This document shows positions 28,789 through 39,654 of a stretch of DNA of 40,000 bases, in pieces. The position numbers were made by a program, and so were the translations under genes. Each line of letters opens with the position of its first letter. Positions within the stretch are counted from its first letter, which is position 1. The notes below the pieces were generated by a model. The model saw only the letters and a program-made list of their open reading frames with translations, did not search any database and was not told the DNA's origin. This stretch comes from Microcystis novacekii Mn_MB_F_20050700_S1 (GTDB lineage: Bacteria > Cyanobacteriota > Cyanobacteriia > Cyanobacteriales > Microcystaceae), in contig SFAU01000020.1 in the NCBI GenBank assembly GCA_007096045.1, forward strand, positions 21,798 through 61,797, written 5' to 3'.

Positions 28789-31700
28789 ATGTCTAAGCAT
28801 TCAATCAGTTTTGGAGGACAATTGGAAGATAATTGGCGGACTCTGTCAGAAGTATTAGAAACTGCCACTAAACATAATAATCATGGAATTACTTATATCA
28901 GAAATGACGCAACTGAATATTTTCAGAGTTATCAAGACTTATATCAAGATGCTTTGGTTATTTTAAATGGACTGGAACAAAAAGGAATAAAACTAGGGCA
29001 TAAAGTCATTCTACAAATTGCCAAAAATCAAGACTTTATTCCCGCACTATGGGCTTGTTTTTTAGGGGGAATTATTCCAGTTCCTTTGACCGTTGCTCCT
29101 AGCTATGATCTGGAAAATTCTGCCGTCAAAAAACTAGAGAATGTTTGGAGAATTTTAGACAATCCCTTGATATTATCCGACAGTGAGCTAATTACTGAAA
29201 TTGAAAAATTAGGAACTTCCTCTCATCTAGAAGGGTGGCAAGTTATCTCGGTTAATGAACTCAGAAAAGCACCCTCTAAAATCGATCAATTGCCGATTCT
29301 TGATCCACAAGATTCAGCCTTATTACTCTTTACTTCGGGTAGTACCGGTATGCCCAAGGGAGTAATATTAACTCATCATAATATTCTGTCCATGACTGCT
29401 GGTACAGTGGCAATGAACCACTTTACCCAACAAGAAGTTACCCTTAATTGGATGCCCTTAGATCATGTAGGAGCTATCGTATTTTTAGGAATTATGGCGG
29501 TAGATTTGGCTTGTCATCAAATTCATGTTCCCATGGAATTAGTCCTACGCCAACCTCTCCAATGGTTAGACCTCATTCAAAAGCATCAAGTAAGCATTTC
29601 TTGGTCCCCTAACTTTGCATTTTCCTTAATTAATCAACAGGCCGAAGAACTTAAGCACGCCTCTTATAATCTCTCCTCAATGAAATTTTTAGTGAATGCT
29701 GGCGAGCAAGTTTCAGTAAAAACGATTCGCCTATTCTTAGAAATTCTTGAAAAACATCAACTACGGGAGAGAGCGATTAAACCGGCCTTTGGCATGACTG
29801 AATCTTGTTCTGGGATTACTTGGTCAGCTGGTTTAAGTAAAAATGAACTCACCGAAGAAAATAGTTTTGTCTCCCTAGGAAAGCCGATTCCTGGAGCAAC
29901 TATCCGGATAGTCGATCACGAAAATAATCCTTTACCTGAAAGAGAAATTGGCAGGCTTCAAATTCAAGGTAATTCTGTTACTAAAGGATATTACAATAAC
30001 AGTGAACTCAACCAGGAAGTTTTTCAAGAAGGGTGGTTTACTACGGGAGATTTGGGGTATTTATTTAATGGGGAACTCTTTATTACTGGGCGAGAAAAAC
30101 AAGAAATTATAATTAATGGTGTTAATTACTTTGCCCATGAACTTGAAACAACAATCGAAGAATTAGAAGGGGTTAATGTATCTTATACAGCCGCCTTTGC
30201 CTTCTTTGATCAAAGTCGAGAAACTGACTTATTAATTATTACTTTTAGCCCAGAATCTGATCAATTTGAACACTGGATAAAAGTTGTTAGAAAAATTCGC
30301 AGTCATCTGACCCAAAAATTCGGAATTGCTCCAGCTTATGTCATTCCCTTAGAAAGGAATTTAGTTCCTAAAACCTCTATTGGCAAGGTTCAAAAATCTA
30401 AATTAAAAAAGGATTTTGAACAGGGGTTATTTACCAGCCGTATCCAAGAAATAGATCAATATTTAGCAAAAGAGCGTCAGAAAAATCAAACCTTACCTCA
30501 ATCAGAAAATGAACGCCAAATAGCAGCAGTTTGGAGTGAAGTTTTACAGTTAACCTCAGTTGGTTTAGAGGATAACTTCTTTGAACTAGGGGGACATTCT
30601 ATACACTTAATCCGAGTTCAAAATGAACTTGAAAAACTTTTTAACCGTCAGCTATCCCTTGCTGAAATGTTTAAAAATCCTACCGTTGCCACCCTAGCCC
30701 GTTTCTTAAGCGAAGAATCAAATACTACTCAAGTTATAGCACAAAAAAGCCGTCAACGTGCCGAAAATCGGAGCCGTCGCCATAATGAAACCCATGACAT
30801 TGCAATTATTGGTATGGCGGGGCAATTCCCGGGGGCTAAAAATTTAACAACCTTCTGGGAAAATTTAAAAAATGGCATCGAAACTATCTCTTTCTTTTCG
30901 GAAGAAGAATTACAAGAATCGGGAGTGTCTTCGCAACTATTTAATCAGCCTAATTATGTGAGAGCTAGACCAATTCTCGAGCAATTTGAATACTTTGACA
31001 GCGAATTTTTTGGCTATACAGATAGAGAGGCAGAATTACTAGACCCTCAGCAACGTTTACTGCTTGAATGTAGTTGGGAATGTTTAGAAAACGCTGGTTA
31101 TAATCCTAATACTTATCAAGGATCAATTGGTATATTTGCTGGCGCAAGTATGAACACCTATTTGATCAATAATTGTTATCCTAATCGGGGTCAATTAGAT
31201 AGTAATGACGAGTTACAACCCTTCACACTAGATTCAACGGGAGGGTTTCAAACAATGGTAGCTAATGACAAAGACTATTTAACAACGCGAATTTCTTATA
31301 AACTAAACTTACACGGCCCAAGCGTTAATGTTCAAACTGCTTGCTCTACTGGATTAGTTGTAGTTCATCTCGCTTGTCAGAGTCTAATTAGTGGAGAAAG
31401 TGACATGGCTCTAGCTGGAGCTGCTTCAATTAATTCTCCTCAAAAAATTGGTTATTTATATCAAGAAGGACTGATCATGTCTCCTGATGGTCATTGTCGC
31501 GCCTTTGATGCTGAAGCAAAAGGGACTATTTTTGGCAGTGGAGTAGGAGTAATTATGCTCAAAAGATTGTCAGATGCTTTAGCCGATCATGACCATATTT
31601 ATGCAGTTATTAAAGGCTCTGCTATTAATAATGATGGGGGTCAAAAATTAGGATTTACTGCCCCCGGTGGAGAGGGTCAAATTGCTGCCGCTACGGAAGC

Positions 31701-34700
31701 CCTAGCCTTTGCTGGTGTTGATGCTAATACGATTAGTTTTGTGGAAGCTCATGGCACAGGAACCCCCCTTGGAGATCCCATTGAAGTTGATGCTTTAGCT
31801 AAAGTTTATCAGGGGGCAAATGAGGGAGAATGTGCTTTAGGTTCAGTAAAAACCAATATCGGACATATGCAGATTGCTTCCGGTATTGCCGGTTTAATTA
31901 AAGCGACTTTAGCCCTCAAACATAGAGTTATTCCACCTACATTACATTTCCAAAATCCTAACCCTCAAATTAATTTTTCCCAGACTCCTTTTTATATTAA
32001 TACTGAAGCTATTTCTTGGACTACTAAGCAAGACAAGGACGAAAAATCACCCCGACGAGCTGGGGTAAACTCTTTAGGTATTGGCGGGGTTAATGCTCAT
32101 GTTATTCTAGAAGAAGCTCCTCCCATTATTCCTCAAAACAATCAGAGCCAACGTCCCTATCATTTGCTCACCCTTTCCGCTCGAACCGAACCAGCTTTAA
32201 AAGAGTTAGTAAGTCGCTACATAGACTTTTTAGAAAGTCAACCTGAAAAGGATATGTCTGATGTAGTATTTACGGCAAATACAGGCCGAGTTCATTTCTC
32301 AAATCGTTTAGCCTTAACTGGCTATAAAAATAGTGATTTTATTGAACAATTACGGCAGTTTAAGCAACTCGATTATCAGTCAACTATTCATGGTATAGCT
32401 GATGAAAAAAGACCGTCTAAGATTGCCTTTTTATTTACCGGGCAAGGTTCTCAATATGCAGGGATGGCTCATCAACTCTATCAGACTCAACCCACCTTTA
32501 GAAAAACTTTAGACGCAGGGGAAAACTATTATCAAAAACTAACGGGTAAATCCCTACTAAACGTCCTATTTGCCCCTACAGATGACCTCTTAAACCAGAC
32601 CGCTTATACCCAACCGGCACTATTTCTGATTGAAGTTGCTCTCGCTCAATTATGGCATTCTTGGGGAATTCAACCAGCCGCTATTTTAGGCCATAGTTTA
32701 GGAGAATATTCAGCTGCTTGTTTTGCTGGTGTTTTTGATCTTGAAAGTGGCTTAAAACTGGTCAGCCATCGAGGTAACTTGATGGGGCAATTACCCCAAA
32801 ATCAAGGGGAAATGGCGGCTATTTTTCTCGATAAAAACTCAGTTATTGAGCAGTGCCAAAGTCAGGGAATAAAAATCGCTATTGCTGCCATTAACGCAGA
32901 ACAACATACCGTTATTTCTGGAGAAAAAAACGTAATTCAAAAACTCTGTAACCATTTTACTAATGCTGGGGTTAAAGTTCGTCAACTTAAAGTTTCTCAT
33001 GCTTTTCACTCCCCTTTAGTAGAACCAATGGTTGCAGAATTTAAAACGATTCTTCAAGAGATTTCTTTCAGTCAACCTCAAATTTCTCTGGTCTCTAACC
33101 TAACGGGAGAAATTGCTGATGACAGCATTATGACTCCTGAGTATTGGCTTCAACATTTACTAAATACGGTACAATTTCACCAAGGAGCTTTATTCCTACA
33201 ATCTCTTGGATGTGATACCTTTATTGAAATTGGACCTCAACCTATTCTCTCAGGAATTATTCAATCATCTCTATCTTCATCTGAACCTCTAACTCTACCC
33301 AGTTTACGCTCGGGATTTTCTGATTGGCAAGTTTTATTAGAAAGTCTGGGTAAACTCTATGTTCGCGGTGCAAAGATAGACTGGTTTAGTTTTGATCAAG
33401 ACTATCATCCTAGACGATGTGCTTTACCTACTTATCCTTTTCAAAAACGTCAACACTGGATTTCTTTAAAAACCCCATCTGCAACTGTTCCACAGGAATC
33501 TAATCTAGTCAAAATGTTATCTGAAAAGGACAAAAATACTTTGATGCAAACCCTCTTAGAAACAGGTCATTATTCTGAAGATGAAAAACCAACAATATCC
33601 GCCATTGTTCAACAGTTGATTAAACTGTATTATCAAGAAAAAGAGGACTTTGATTTTGCCAAATTACTTTATCAAGTAGCTTGGCTTCCCTGGGATTTAG
33701 CTAACGGTAAGCTAGAAAATCTGACCAGCCTTAAAACGGATTTAGAGGTTTACTTAGAACCCCAATTACAATCCTCAGAATTGATGGGAGTTTCTCTCGC
33801 TTTTTCTGAAATGGAAAAACTGGCGGCTGACTTTGTTGTTAAAGCTCTGAAAGATTTAGAACTCTTTCAAATGAATACCTTTCTTGATCCCGATCAAAGT
33901 TTTATTCAAGCTGGACTCAAACAAGAATATAAATATTTCTGGAATTATGTTCTAGAAATATTAGCGAAAGTCGGCATTTTAGAAAAGCAAAATACCCGAT
34001 GGAAAATTGTTAAAGAACCCGAACACTCTCATCCTGATTTAGCGGTAGAGGATTTAATCAATCATTATCCTAATGCTCAAATAGAACTCAATCTATTTCG
34101 ACAAGTTGCCACCAATTTAGCAGCCATTATTACGGGAAAAATATCTCCTTTATCTATCCTATTTTCTCAAGATGGACAAGGAGGAGCCAGCGAGTTTTAT
34201 AAAAATACATCTTCGTCCAAAATTCTCAATCTGGGTATCTCTAAAACCGTTGAACTTCTACTCTCAAGTTATGCTCCCTCAGCCTCCCTCCGCATCCTCG
34301 AAATTGGCGCGGGAACTGGAGCTACAACCCAACAGGTTCTTAAAGCTTGTAAGTCTCGTCAAATTACCTACACATTCACTGATGTTTCCCCCTTCTTTCT
34401 AGAGAAAGCTAGAGATAATTTGGCTGAATTTTCTGGAGTAGAATACAAAGTTCTCGATATTGAAAAAGCTCCGAAATCCCAAGGGTTTTGCTGTCATTCT
34501 TATGACTTGATTATCGCAGCTAATGTCTTACACTCTACCGCCAATTTACAAGAGGAAACCTTGCCTCATATTCAAAGTTTACTACGTCCAGGCGGTCATT
34601 TATTACTGTTAGAATTAACTCAGCAATCTTCCTGGATTGATTTAATCTTTGGTGTCACTCAAGGTTGGTGGCGTTTTAGCGATTATCATTTGCGCCCAAA

Positions 34701-36684
34701 TCATCCTATAATTACAGCATCGACTTGGGAATCTATGCTGCTTAAATCGGGGTTTTCTCAGGTAGAATTTGTTTCTCCTGATCAAAAAATAGGTAGTGTT
34801 TTATTTCAGCAAAGTATTATTCTGGCTCAAAGTTCAGCAATCTCCCCTAACCTCGCTAAAAACTGGCTAATTTTTACTGATGTTGAACCTCAACAAAATA
34901 CTTTTGTCTTAGGGATTCAAGAGCAACTACTGAAAAAGTGTGATTCCTGTCGGATAATTTATCAAGGGGAGAAAAATACACAAATATCATCTTCTGAGTC
35001 TTGTTTGAATGCTAATCAACTACAACAATTAGAGGAATGGTTTGCGTCAAATCCATCTCCAGATCGAATTATTTATCTTTTGAATAGTGATGCCAAAGAT
35101 CAACCAGAATCCATTTTATTGAATCGCTGTAACTATCTTTTAAATTTTCTCAAAGCTATTCAAACAATCCCTAATCCCCCTCAATTATTCCTTGTCACTC
35201 AGGGGGCCCAACCCTTTGAATTAGAACAGCCTTCTTTAGGGTTTCAGTCTCCTCTTTGGGCAATGGGGCGTGTTATTGCCCTAGAAAATCCGCAATTATG
35301 GGGAGGTATGCTGGATCTTGATCCCGACGTTGACATTAATCAAAATATTACCGCATTACTATTAGGATTAACTCATGCTGACGATGAGGATCATTTGGTC
35401 TTCCGCAAAGGTCAAGGCTATGTTGCTCGTCTGCTTCCTCTGAAGTCTCTAGAGACAAAAACCGTTAATATTCAACCTGAGGCTACCTACTTAATTACGG
35501 GAGGAATAGGACATCTAGGCCTAGAATTGGCGGAACATTTAGTCAATTTAGGAGCAAAACATCTTATTTTAACGACACGCCGCTCATCACCAGTCCGCTT
35601 CCTGTGGGATTCAGCAGCCGAATTAGCTCAAATATCACAAAAAATCAGAAAATTAGAGGAAAAAGGAGCATCAATCGCAGTCATTTCGGCAGACGTTGGC
35701 AATTTTGAGGCTATGCAGGCCATATTTACCCAGATTGAAAAAACCGCTTATCCCCTGCGTGGCATTTTCCATCTTGCCGGAATCTCAGGCCGACAAGCTC
35801 AATTAAAAGACTGTACTTTGCAGGATCTAGAAGCAGTTTTTCAGGCAAAAGTTAAGGGTTCTTGGAATTTACATCAACTATCTTTGGGTAGTCAATTAGA
35901 CTATTTTGTGCTGTTTTCTTCGGCGGGTGCAATTTGGGGGGCAAAAGAACAAGGCTTATATGATACTGTTAGTCATTGGCTGGATGCTTTGGCTCATTTC
36001 CGTCATCTTCAAGGGCTTCCTGCAACGACTTTAAATTGGGCATTATTGGCGGGTCATGGTATAGTATCTCAAGACTATGAGGACTGGCTCAAACAGATTG
36101 GGATCAGGGAAATTGATCCAGATATGGCCTTGAGAGTGATGGATGCTATTATGGCTTCTAATCAAACACAGGTTTTAATCGCCGATGTGGATTGGGTTCG
36201 TTTCAAAAATATCTATCAATTTAAAGGCGAGAAACCACTCCTAAAAAATTTAGGACTCTCAGAAATTCCCATTAAGTCTGTTCAAGAATCAGACTCTGTA
36301 CTGATTCTTTTAGAGGAGATGCCTTTCGGAGAACGTCGGGAATATTTGTTAGAATATGTTAGCAAACAAGTCAGAATGATTTTAGGGATTAAATCTATGC
36401 CAGATACAGAACAAGGATTGATAGAAATGGGGATTGATTCCCTATCCTCTATTGAATTGAAAAATCGTTTAGAGAAAAGATTAGAAGTTCTCTTACCCAC
36501 TTCTTTAGTCTTTGATTTCCCTAATATTAGACGCTTAGTTGATTATCTGCTTGACCGCATTTTCGGTGAAAAAGTTCAAAAAACAGCCCAGAAGATGATT
36601 AACTTCACTGAAGTTCAGCAGGAGATTAGTGAGGATTTAATCTTACAAGAACTTAGTGATTTGGAGGCTTTTTTAGGAGATTAA
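28789..36684 (+). CDS. mcyG: Microcystin synthetase McyG: loading A-PCP fused to PKS module (A-PCP-KS-AT-CM-KR-ACP)
   Basis: The ATG at 28789 is preceded by AAGGAGG and gives 2631 aa, the published length as recalled. The ORF-track start at 28717 adds an implausible 24-aa leader. Motifs: A core FTSGSTGMPKG (29332-29361), PCP GGHS (Ser at 30598), KS Cys (31342), AT GHSLG (Ser at 32695) plus HAFHS, CM EIGAGTG (34300-34320), KR TGGIGHLG (35497-35520), ACP GIDS (Ser at 36439). No DH motif is present, which fits retention of the C9 hydroxyl that is later O-methylated. Confidence 0.95.
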   Translation: MSKHSISFGGQLEDNWRTLSEVLETATKHNNHGITYIRNDATEYFQSYQDLYQDALVILNGLEQKGIKLGHKVILQIAKNQDFIPALWACFLGGIIPVPLTVAPSYDLENSAVKKLENVWRILDNPLILSDSELITEIEKLGTSSHLEGWQVISVNELRKAPSKIDQLPILDPQDSALLLFTSGSTGMPKGVILTHHNILSMTAGTVAMNHFTQQEVTLNWMPLDHVGAIVFLGIMAVDLACHQIHVPMELVLRQPLQWLDLIQKHQVSISWSPNFAFSLINQQAEELKHASYNLSSMKFLVNAGEQVSVKTIRLFLEILEKHQLRERAIKPAFGMTESCSGITWSAGLSKNELTEENSFVSLGKPIPGATIRIVDHENNPLPEREIGRLQIQGNSVTKGYYNNSELNQEVFQEGWFTTGDLGYLFNGELFITGREKQEIIINGVNYFAHELETTIEELEGVNVSYTAAFAFFDQSRETDLLIITFSPESDQFEHWIKVVRKIRSHLTQKFGIAPAYVIPLERNLVPKTSIGKVQKSKLKKDFEQGLFTSRIQEIDQYLAKERQKNQTLPQSENERQIAAVWSEVLQLTSVGLEDNFFELGGHSIHLIRVQNELEKLFNRQLSLAEMFKNPTVATLARFLSEESNTTQVIAQKSRQRAENRSRRHNETHDIAIIGMAGQFPGAKNLTTFWENLKNGIETISFFSEEELQESGVSSQLFNQPNYVRARPILEQFEYFDSEFFGYTDREAELLDPQQRLLLECSWECLENAGYNPNTYQGSIGIFAGASMNTYLINNCYPNRGQLDSNDELQPFTLDSTGGFQTMVANDKDYLTTRISYKLNLHGPSVNVQTACSTGLVVVHLACQSLISGESDMALAGAASINSPQKIGYLYQEGLIMSPDGHCRAFDAEAKGTIFGSGVGVIMLKRLSDALADHDHIYAVIKGSAINNDGGQKLGFTAPGGEGQIAAATEALAFAGVDANTISFVEAHGTGTPLGDPIEVDALAKVYQGANEGECALGSVKTNIGHMQIASGIAGLIKATLALKHRVIPPTLHFQNPNPQINFSQTPFYINTEAISWTTKQDKDEKSPRRAGVNSLGIGGVNAHVILEEAPPIIPQNNQSQRPYHLLTLSARTEPALKELVSRYIDFLESQPEKDMSDVVFTANTGRVHFSNRLALTGYKNSDFIEQLRQFKQLDYQSTIHGIADEKRPSKIAFLFTGQGSQYAGMAHQLYQTQPTFRKTLDAGENYYQKLTGKSLLNVLFAPTDDLLNQTAYTQPALFLIEVALAQLWHSWGIQPAAILGHSLGEYSAACFAGVFDLESGLKLVSHRGNLMGQLPQNQGEMAAIFLDKNSVIEQCQSQGIKIAIAAINAEQHTVISGEKNVIQKLCNHFTNAGVKVRQLKVSHAFHSPLVEPMVAEFKTILQEISFSQPQISLVSNLTGEIADDSIMTPEYWLQHLLNTVQFHQGALFLQSLGCDTFIEIGPQPILSGIIQSSLSSSEPLTLPSLRSGFSDWQVLLESLGKLYVRGAKIDWFSFDQDYHPRRCALPTYPFQKRQHWISLKTPSATVPQESNLVKMLSEKDKNTLMQTLLETGHYSEDEKPTISAIVQQLIKLYYQEKEDFDFAKLLYQVAWLPWDLANGKLENLTSLKTDLEVYLEPQLQSSELMGVSLAFSEMEKLAADFVVKALKDLELFQMNTFLDPDQSFIQAGLKQEYKYFWNYVLEILAKVGILEKQNTRWKIVKEPEHSHPDLAVEDLINHYPNAQIELNLFRQVATNLAAIITGKISPLSILFSQDGQGGASEFYKNTSSSKILNLGISKTVELLLSSYAPSASLRILEIGAGTGATTQQVLKACKSRQITYTFTDVSPFFLEKARDNLAEFSGVEYKVLDIEKAPKSQGFCCHSYDLIIAANVLHSTANLQEETLPHIQSLLRPGGHLLLLELTQQSSWIDLIFGVTQGWWRFSDYHLRPNHPIITASTWESMLLKSGFSQVEFVSPDQKIGSVLFQQSIILAQSSAISPNLAKNWLIFTDVEPQQNTFVLGIQEQLLKKCDSCRIIYQGEKNTQISSSESCLNANQLQQLEEWFASNPSPDRIIYLLNSDAKDQPESILLNRCNYLLNFLKAIQTIPNPPQLFLVTQGAQPFELEQPSLGFQSPLWAMGRVIALENPQLWGGMLDLDPDVDINQNITALLLGLTHADDEDHLVFRKGQGYVARLLPLKSLETKTVNIQPEATYLITGGIGHLGLELAEHLVNLGAKHLILTTRRSSPVRFLWDSAAELAQISQKIRKLEEKGASIAVISADVGNFEAMQAIFTQIEKTAYPLRGIFHLAGISGRQAQLKDCTLQDLEAVFQAKVKGSWNLHQLSLGSQLDYFVLFSSAGAIWGAKEQGLYDTVSHWLDALAHFRHLQGLPATTLNWALLAGHGIVSQDYEDWLKQIGIREIDPDMALRVMDAIMASNQTQVLIADVDWVRFKNIYQFKGEKPLLKNLGLSEIPIKSVQESDSVLILLEEMPFGERREYLLEYVSKQVRMILGIKSMPDTEQGLIEMGIDSLSSIELKNRLEKRLEVLLPTSLVFDFPNIRRLVDYLLDRIFGEKVQKTAQKMINFTEVQQEISEDLILQELSDLEAFLGD

Positions 36685-36768
36685 ATAATCCTAAGCCTTG
36701 AAGTTAGAAAGCTTGAACTTTAAAAAAAATTCAAGGCATTTCCTAAAAGTTACCCTATATTCAAAACT

Positions 36769-38526
36769 ATGCAAACTCCATTTTTTTCACAAGAAACCGT
36801 TAAAAGTTCTCATCAATTTTTTGACAATTTGAAATTGATTGCCGCTCCTTACTGGTATCCAACTGATCCTAAAGGAAGGACATTTTCAGAGGTAATAAGT
36901 TCCTGGGGAATGCTGTTTCTCCTCCTTTTAGTAATTGTTGGACTGGTGGCCTCTAATGCAGTTAATAGCTTCGTTAACCGCTATTTGGTTGATGTCATTA
37001 TTCAAGATAAAAATGCCTCTAAGTTTCTGACAAGTTTATTGCTTTATGGCTTAGGATTACTTTTAATTACCCTGTTTACTGCATTTTCTAAATTTGTTAA
37101 AAAAAGAATTATTCTGGATTGGTATGAATGGCTAAATCAGCAGGTTATTACCCAATATTTGAGCAATCGCGCCTATTATAAAATTAATTTTAGATCCGAT
37201 GTGGATAATCCCGATCAACGGATAGCTCAAGAAATAGAACCCATTGCTAGAAATGCTGTTAATTTTGGGGCTATTTTATTAGAAAAAGTCTTAGAAATGA
37301 CTACTTTTTTAGTAATTCTTTTTTCGATTTCTCGACTAGCCGCCTTGATTTTAGTGGCTTATACAATTGTCGGCAACCTAATTGCTGTTTATTTAAGTCG
37401 AGAATTAGATAAGATTAGTCAAGAAGAATTGGAATCCAAAGCTAATTACACCTACACTTTAACTCATGTTCGGAATCATGCTGAATCTATTGCCTTTTTT
37501 CAAGGCGAAAATCAAGAGTTGAAAATCATTCAACGTCGATTTAATAATCTCGTCAGAAATTCTCTCAGTAAGATTGATTGGGAGAGAAATCAAGACATTT
37601 TTAGTCGAGGTTATCGCTCAGTTATTCAAATATTTCCCTTTGTCGTCTTTGCTCCAGCCTATATTCGGGGGGAAATTGATTTCGGACAAGTTAATCAGGC
37701 TATTATTGCTTGCAGTATGTTTGCTAATGGTTTTTCTGAGTTAATCCTTGAATTTGGTTCTTTGGGCAGATTTTCCAGTTATGTTGAGCGTCTATCTGAA
37801 TTTTCTTCGGCCTTAGAAGAAATAGGCCAACAACCTAAGGATGCTAGTACCATTAAAACCCTTGAAAAAAATCAGATCGAGTTTGAGGATGTTACTTTAC
37901 AAACACCGGATTATGAAAAGGTAATTGTTCAACATTTATCCCTATCTATCGAACCAGGCGAAGGTTTATTAATTGTCGGACCGAGTGGACGAGGTAAAAG
38001 TTCTCTATTAAGAGCTATTGCTGGCTTATGGAATGCAGGAACTGGTTGTTTAAAACGACCTCCCTTAGAACAATTTCTCTTTTTACCTCAACGTCCTTAT
38101 ATTATTTTAGGAACTCTCAGAGAACAGTTACTTTATCCTAAAACAACCCGTAAAATGACCGATGGAGAACTTGAATCCGTTTTACAACAAGTTAATCTTC
38201 AAAATATAGCCACAAAAGTTCATGGCTTTGATGCGGAAGTTCCTTGGGAAAATATATTATCTTTAGGAGAACAACAACGCCTCGCTTTTGCACGATTGTT
38301 AGTAACCCATCCCCGCTATGTAATCTTAGATGAAGCCACAAGTGCTTTAGATTTGAACAACGAACAATCCTTATATCAGCAGTTACAAAAATCCCAGACA
38401 ACTTTTATTAGCGTAGGGCATCGAGAAAGTTTATTTAAGTATCATCAATGGGTGTTAGAACTTTTAGATGATTCTAGTTGGCGACTTGTTTCCATAGATG
38501 ATTATCGATCCTCAAAATCTCTGTAA
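36769..38526 (+). CDS. mcyH: ABC transporter McyH (fused membrane and ATPase domains, ABC_membrane_2/ABCD-like)
   Basis: 585-aa ORF from the first ATG. The originally published 538-aa form would start at Met48 (36910). Motifs: Walker A GPSGRGKSS (37978-38004), signature LSLGEQQRL (~38257-38280), Walker B VILDEA (~38321-38340). Confidence 0.9.
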   Translation: MQTPFFSQETVKSSHQFFDNLKLIAAPYWYPTDPKGRTFSEVISSWGMLFLLLLVIVGLVASNAVNSFVNRYLVDVIIQDKNASKFLTSLLLYGLGLLLITLFTAFSKFVKKRIILDWYEWLNQQVITQYLSNRAYYKINFRSDVDNPDQRIAQEIEPIARNAVNFGAILLEKVLEMTTFLVILFSISRLAALILVAYTIVGNLIAVYLSRELDKISQEELESKANYTYTLTHVRNHAESIAFFQGENQELKIIQRRFNNLVRNSLSKIDWERNQDIFSRGYRSVIQIFPFVVFAPAYIRGEIDFGQVNQAIIACSMFANGFSELILEFGSLGRFSSYVERLSEFSSALEEIGQQPKDASTIKTLEKNQIEFEDVTLQTPDYEKVIVQHLSLSIEPGEGLLIVGPSGRGKSSLLRAIAGLWNAGTGCLKRPPLEQFLFLPQRPYIILGTLREQLLYPKTTRKMTDGELESVLQQVNLQNIATKVHGFDAEVPWENILSLGEQQRLAFARLLVTHPRYVILDEATSALDLNNEQSLYQQLQKSQTTFISVGHRESLFKYHQWVLELLDDSSWRLVSIDDYRSSKSL

Positions 38527-38564
38527 CTGTTTCATTGCCAAAACTCAATTTAGGAAAAATTACG

Positions 38565-39578
38565 ATGACTACTACTTCACCAAAAACTATGACTATGGAT
38601 CTTCAAAAACCCAGGGTTCTTTTAATTGGAAAAATGTATGATGAAGCAGGGGAAAAACTCCTTGAAGAATCTACTAATATAGAGATTTTGGCTAATCCTA
38701 CACTGGAGAAAATCAATGAGGCCATTCAAGAAGTATCTGGCGTATTTGTGCGTTATCCTAATAAGTTAGAGGCTTCATCAATCCGATTAGCAAAACACTT
38801 AAAAGTAATTAGTACCTCTGGATTTGGCACAGATTCTATTGATATTATGGCAGCAACAGAACAGGGGGTTATCGTTGTTAATAATCCCGGAATGTCAACT
38901 ACAGCTGTAGCAGAACACACCTTATCTATGATTTTAGCTCTTGCCAAAAAGCTGCCTTTTTTAGATCATTGTGTGAAAAATGGTAACTATTTAATTCGCA
39001 ATCAAATCCAACCGATTCAACTCGAAAACAAGACCGTTGGTATTGTGGGTTTAGGAAGAATTGGTACGATGGTGGCTCACAAATGTAATCTAGCATTAGG
39101 GATGAGAGTATTAGCTTATGATCCCTATGTTTCAGCCAGCAAAGCGGAGACAGTAGGAGCAACTTTGGTCAAAGATTTAGATGTTCTTCTGGCTGAATCG
39201 GACTTTGTTTCTTTGCATCCTGAACTAACAAGTGAAACGCGGGAAATGTTTAATATATCAGTCTTTCAAAAGATGAAACCAACAGCTTTTTTAATTAATA
39301 CCTCCCGGGGAAAAGTCGTTTGTGAAAAGGATTTAGGGATCGCCCTTAATCAAAAATTGATATCCGGATGCGCCCTAGATGTCTTTGAACCAGAACCGCC
39401 GGCTTTAGATAATCCCTTATATAATTTTGAGAATGTCATTCTCTCACCTCATTTAGCCGGAGTAACCCCTGAAGCGAGTCTAGCGGCTGCTGTTTCGGCG
39501 GCGAATCAAATATTACAAGTGCTTCGGGGAGAGAAGCCTCCTTATATGATTAATCCGGAGGCGTGGAATCTTTTTTAA
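38565..39578 (+). CDS. mcyI: D-isomer-specific 2-hydroxyacid dehydrogenase McyI (PGDH-like)
   Basis: The ATG at 38565 gives 337 aa, the published length as recalled. The ORF-track TTG at 38535 adds 10 aa. It has the Rossmann motif GIVGLGRIG (~39036-39065) and the 2-hydroxyacid dehydrogenase C-terminal signature region (NTSRG, LDVF, SPHLAG). Confidence 0.9.
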   Translation: MTTTSPKTMTMDLQKPRVLLIGKMYDEAGEKLLEESTNIEILANPTLEKINEAIQEVSGVFVRYPNKLEASSIRLAKHLKVISTSGFGTDSIDIMAATEQGVIVVNNPGMSTTAVAEHTLSMILALAKKLPFLDHCVKNGNYLIRNQIQPIQLENKTVGIVGLGRIGTMVAHKCNLALGMRVLAYDPYVSASKAETVGATLVKDLDVLLAESDFVSLHPELTSETREMFNISVFQKMKPTAFLINTSRGKVVCEKDLGIALNQKLISGCALDVFEPEPPALDNPLYNFENVILSPHLAGVTPEASLAAAVSAANQILQVLRGEKPPYMINPEAWNLF

Positions 39579-39654
39579 AGCATCTAGAGAATCTCAGGGA
39601 TTCGGTTAGTTAAAAATGGCAATATTTCTGAAAAATCCTTAGGAGGATAATAAT

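Noticed and set aside
28638-28868. 76-aa minus-strand ORF spanning the mcyF-mcyG gap
   Set aside because: It overlaps the ends of both flanking genes in antisense and has no motifs or RBS.
5521-36684. A possible novel hybrid PKS-NRPS biosynthetic system
   Set aside because: Domain order, gene order, ORF lengths and matches to remembered mcyD/mcyE primer sequences all point to the well-characterised microcystin synthetase genes. Only details within it are unusual.
36695-36737. Inverted repeat GCCTTGAA ... TTCAAGGC after mcyG as a terminator
   Set aside because: The stem is short (8 bp), the loop is 27 nt, and no T-tract follows. mcyH is expected to be co-transcribed.
38535-38564. TTG start for mcyI (347 aa)
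   Set aside because: The ATG at 38565 gives the expected 337 aa. The TTG lies only 8 bp after the mcyH stop and has no RBS.
5930-39162. About 15 short ORFs (60-93 aa) on either strand nested within mcyD, mcyE, mcyF, mcyG, mcyH and mcyI (for example 7117-7356, 10271-10492, 18518-19031, 23126-23825, 34172-34402, 38192-38401)
   Set aside because: All lie inside long, motif-rich CDSs in other frames. They have no RBS or recognisable motifs, and such ORFs are expected by chance in AT-rich sequence.
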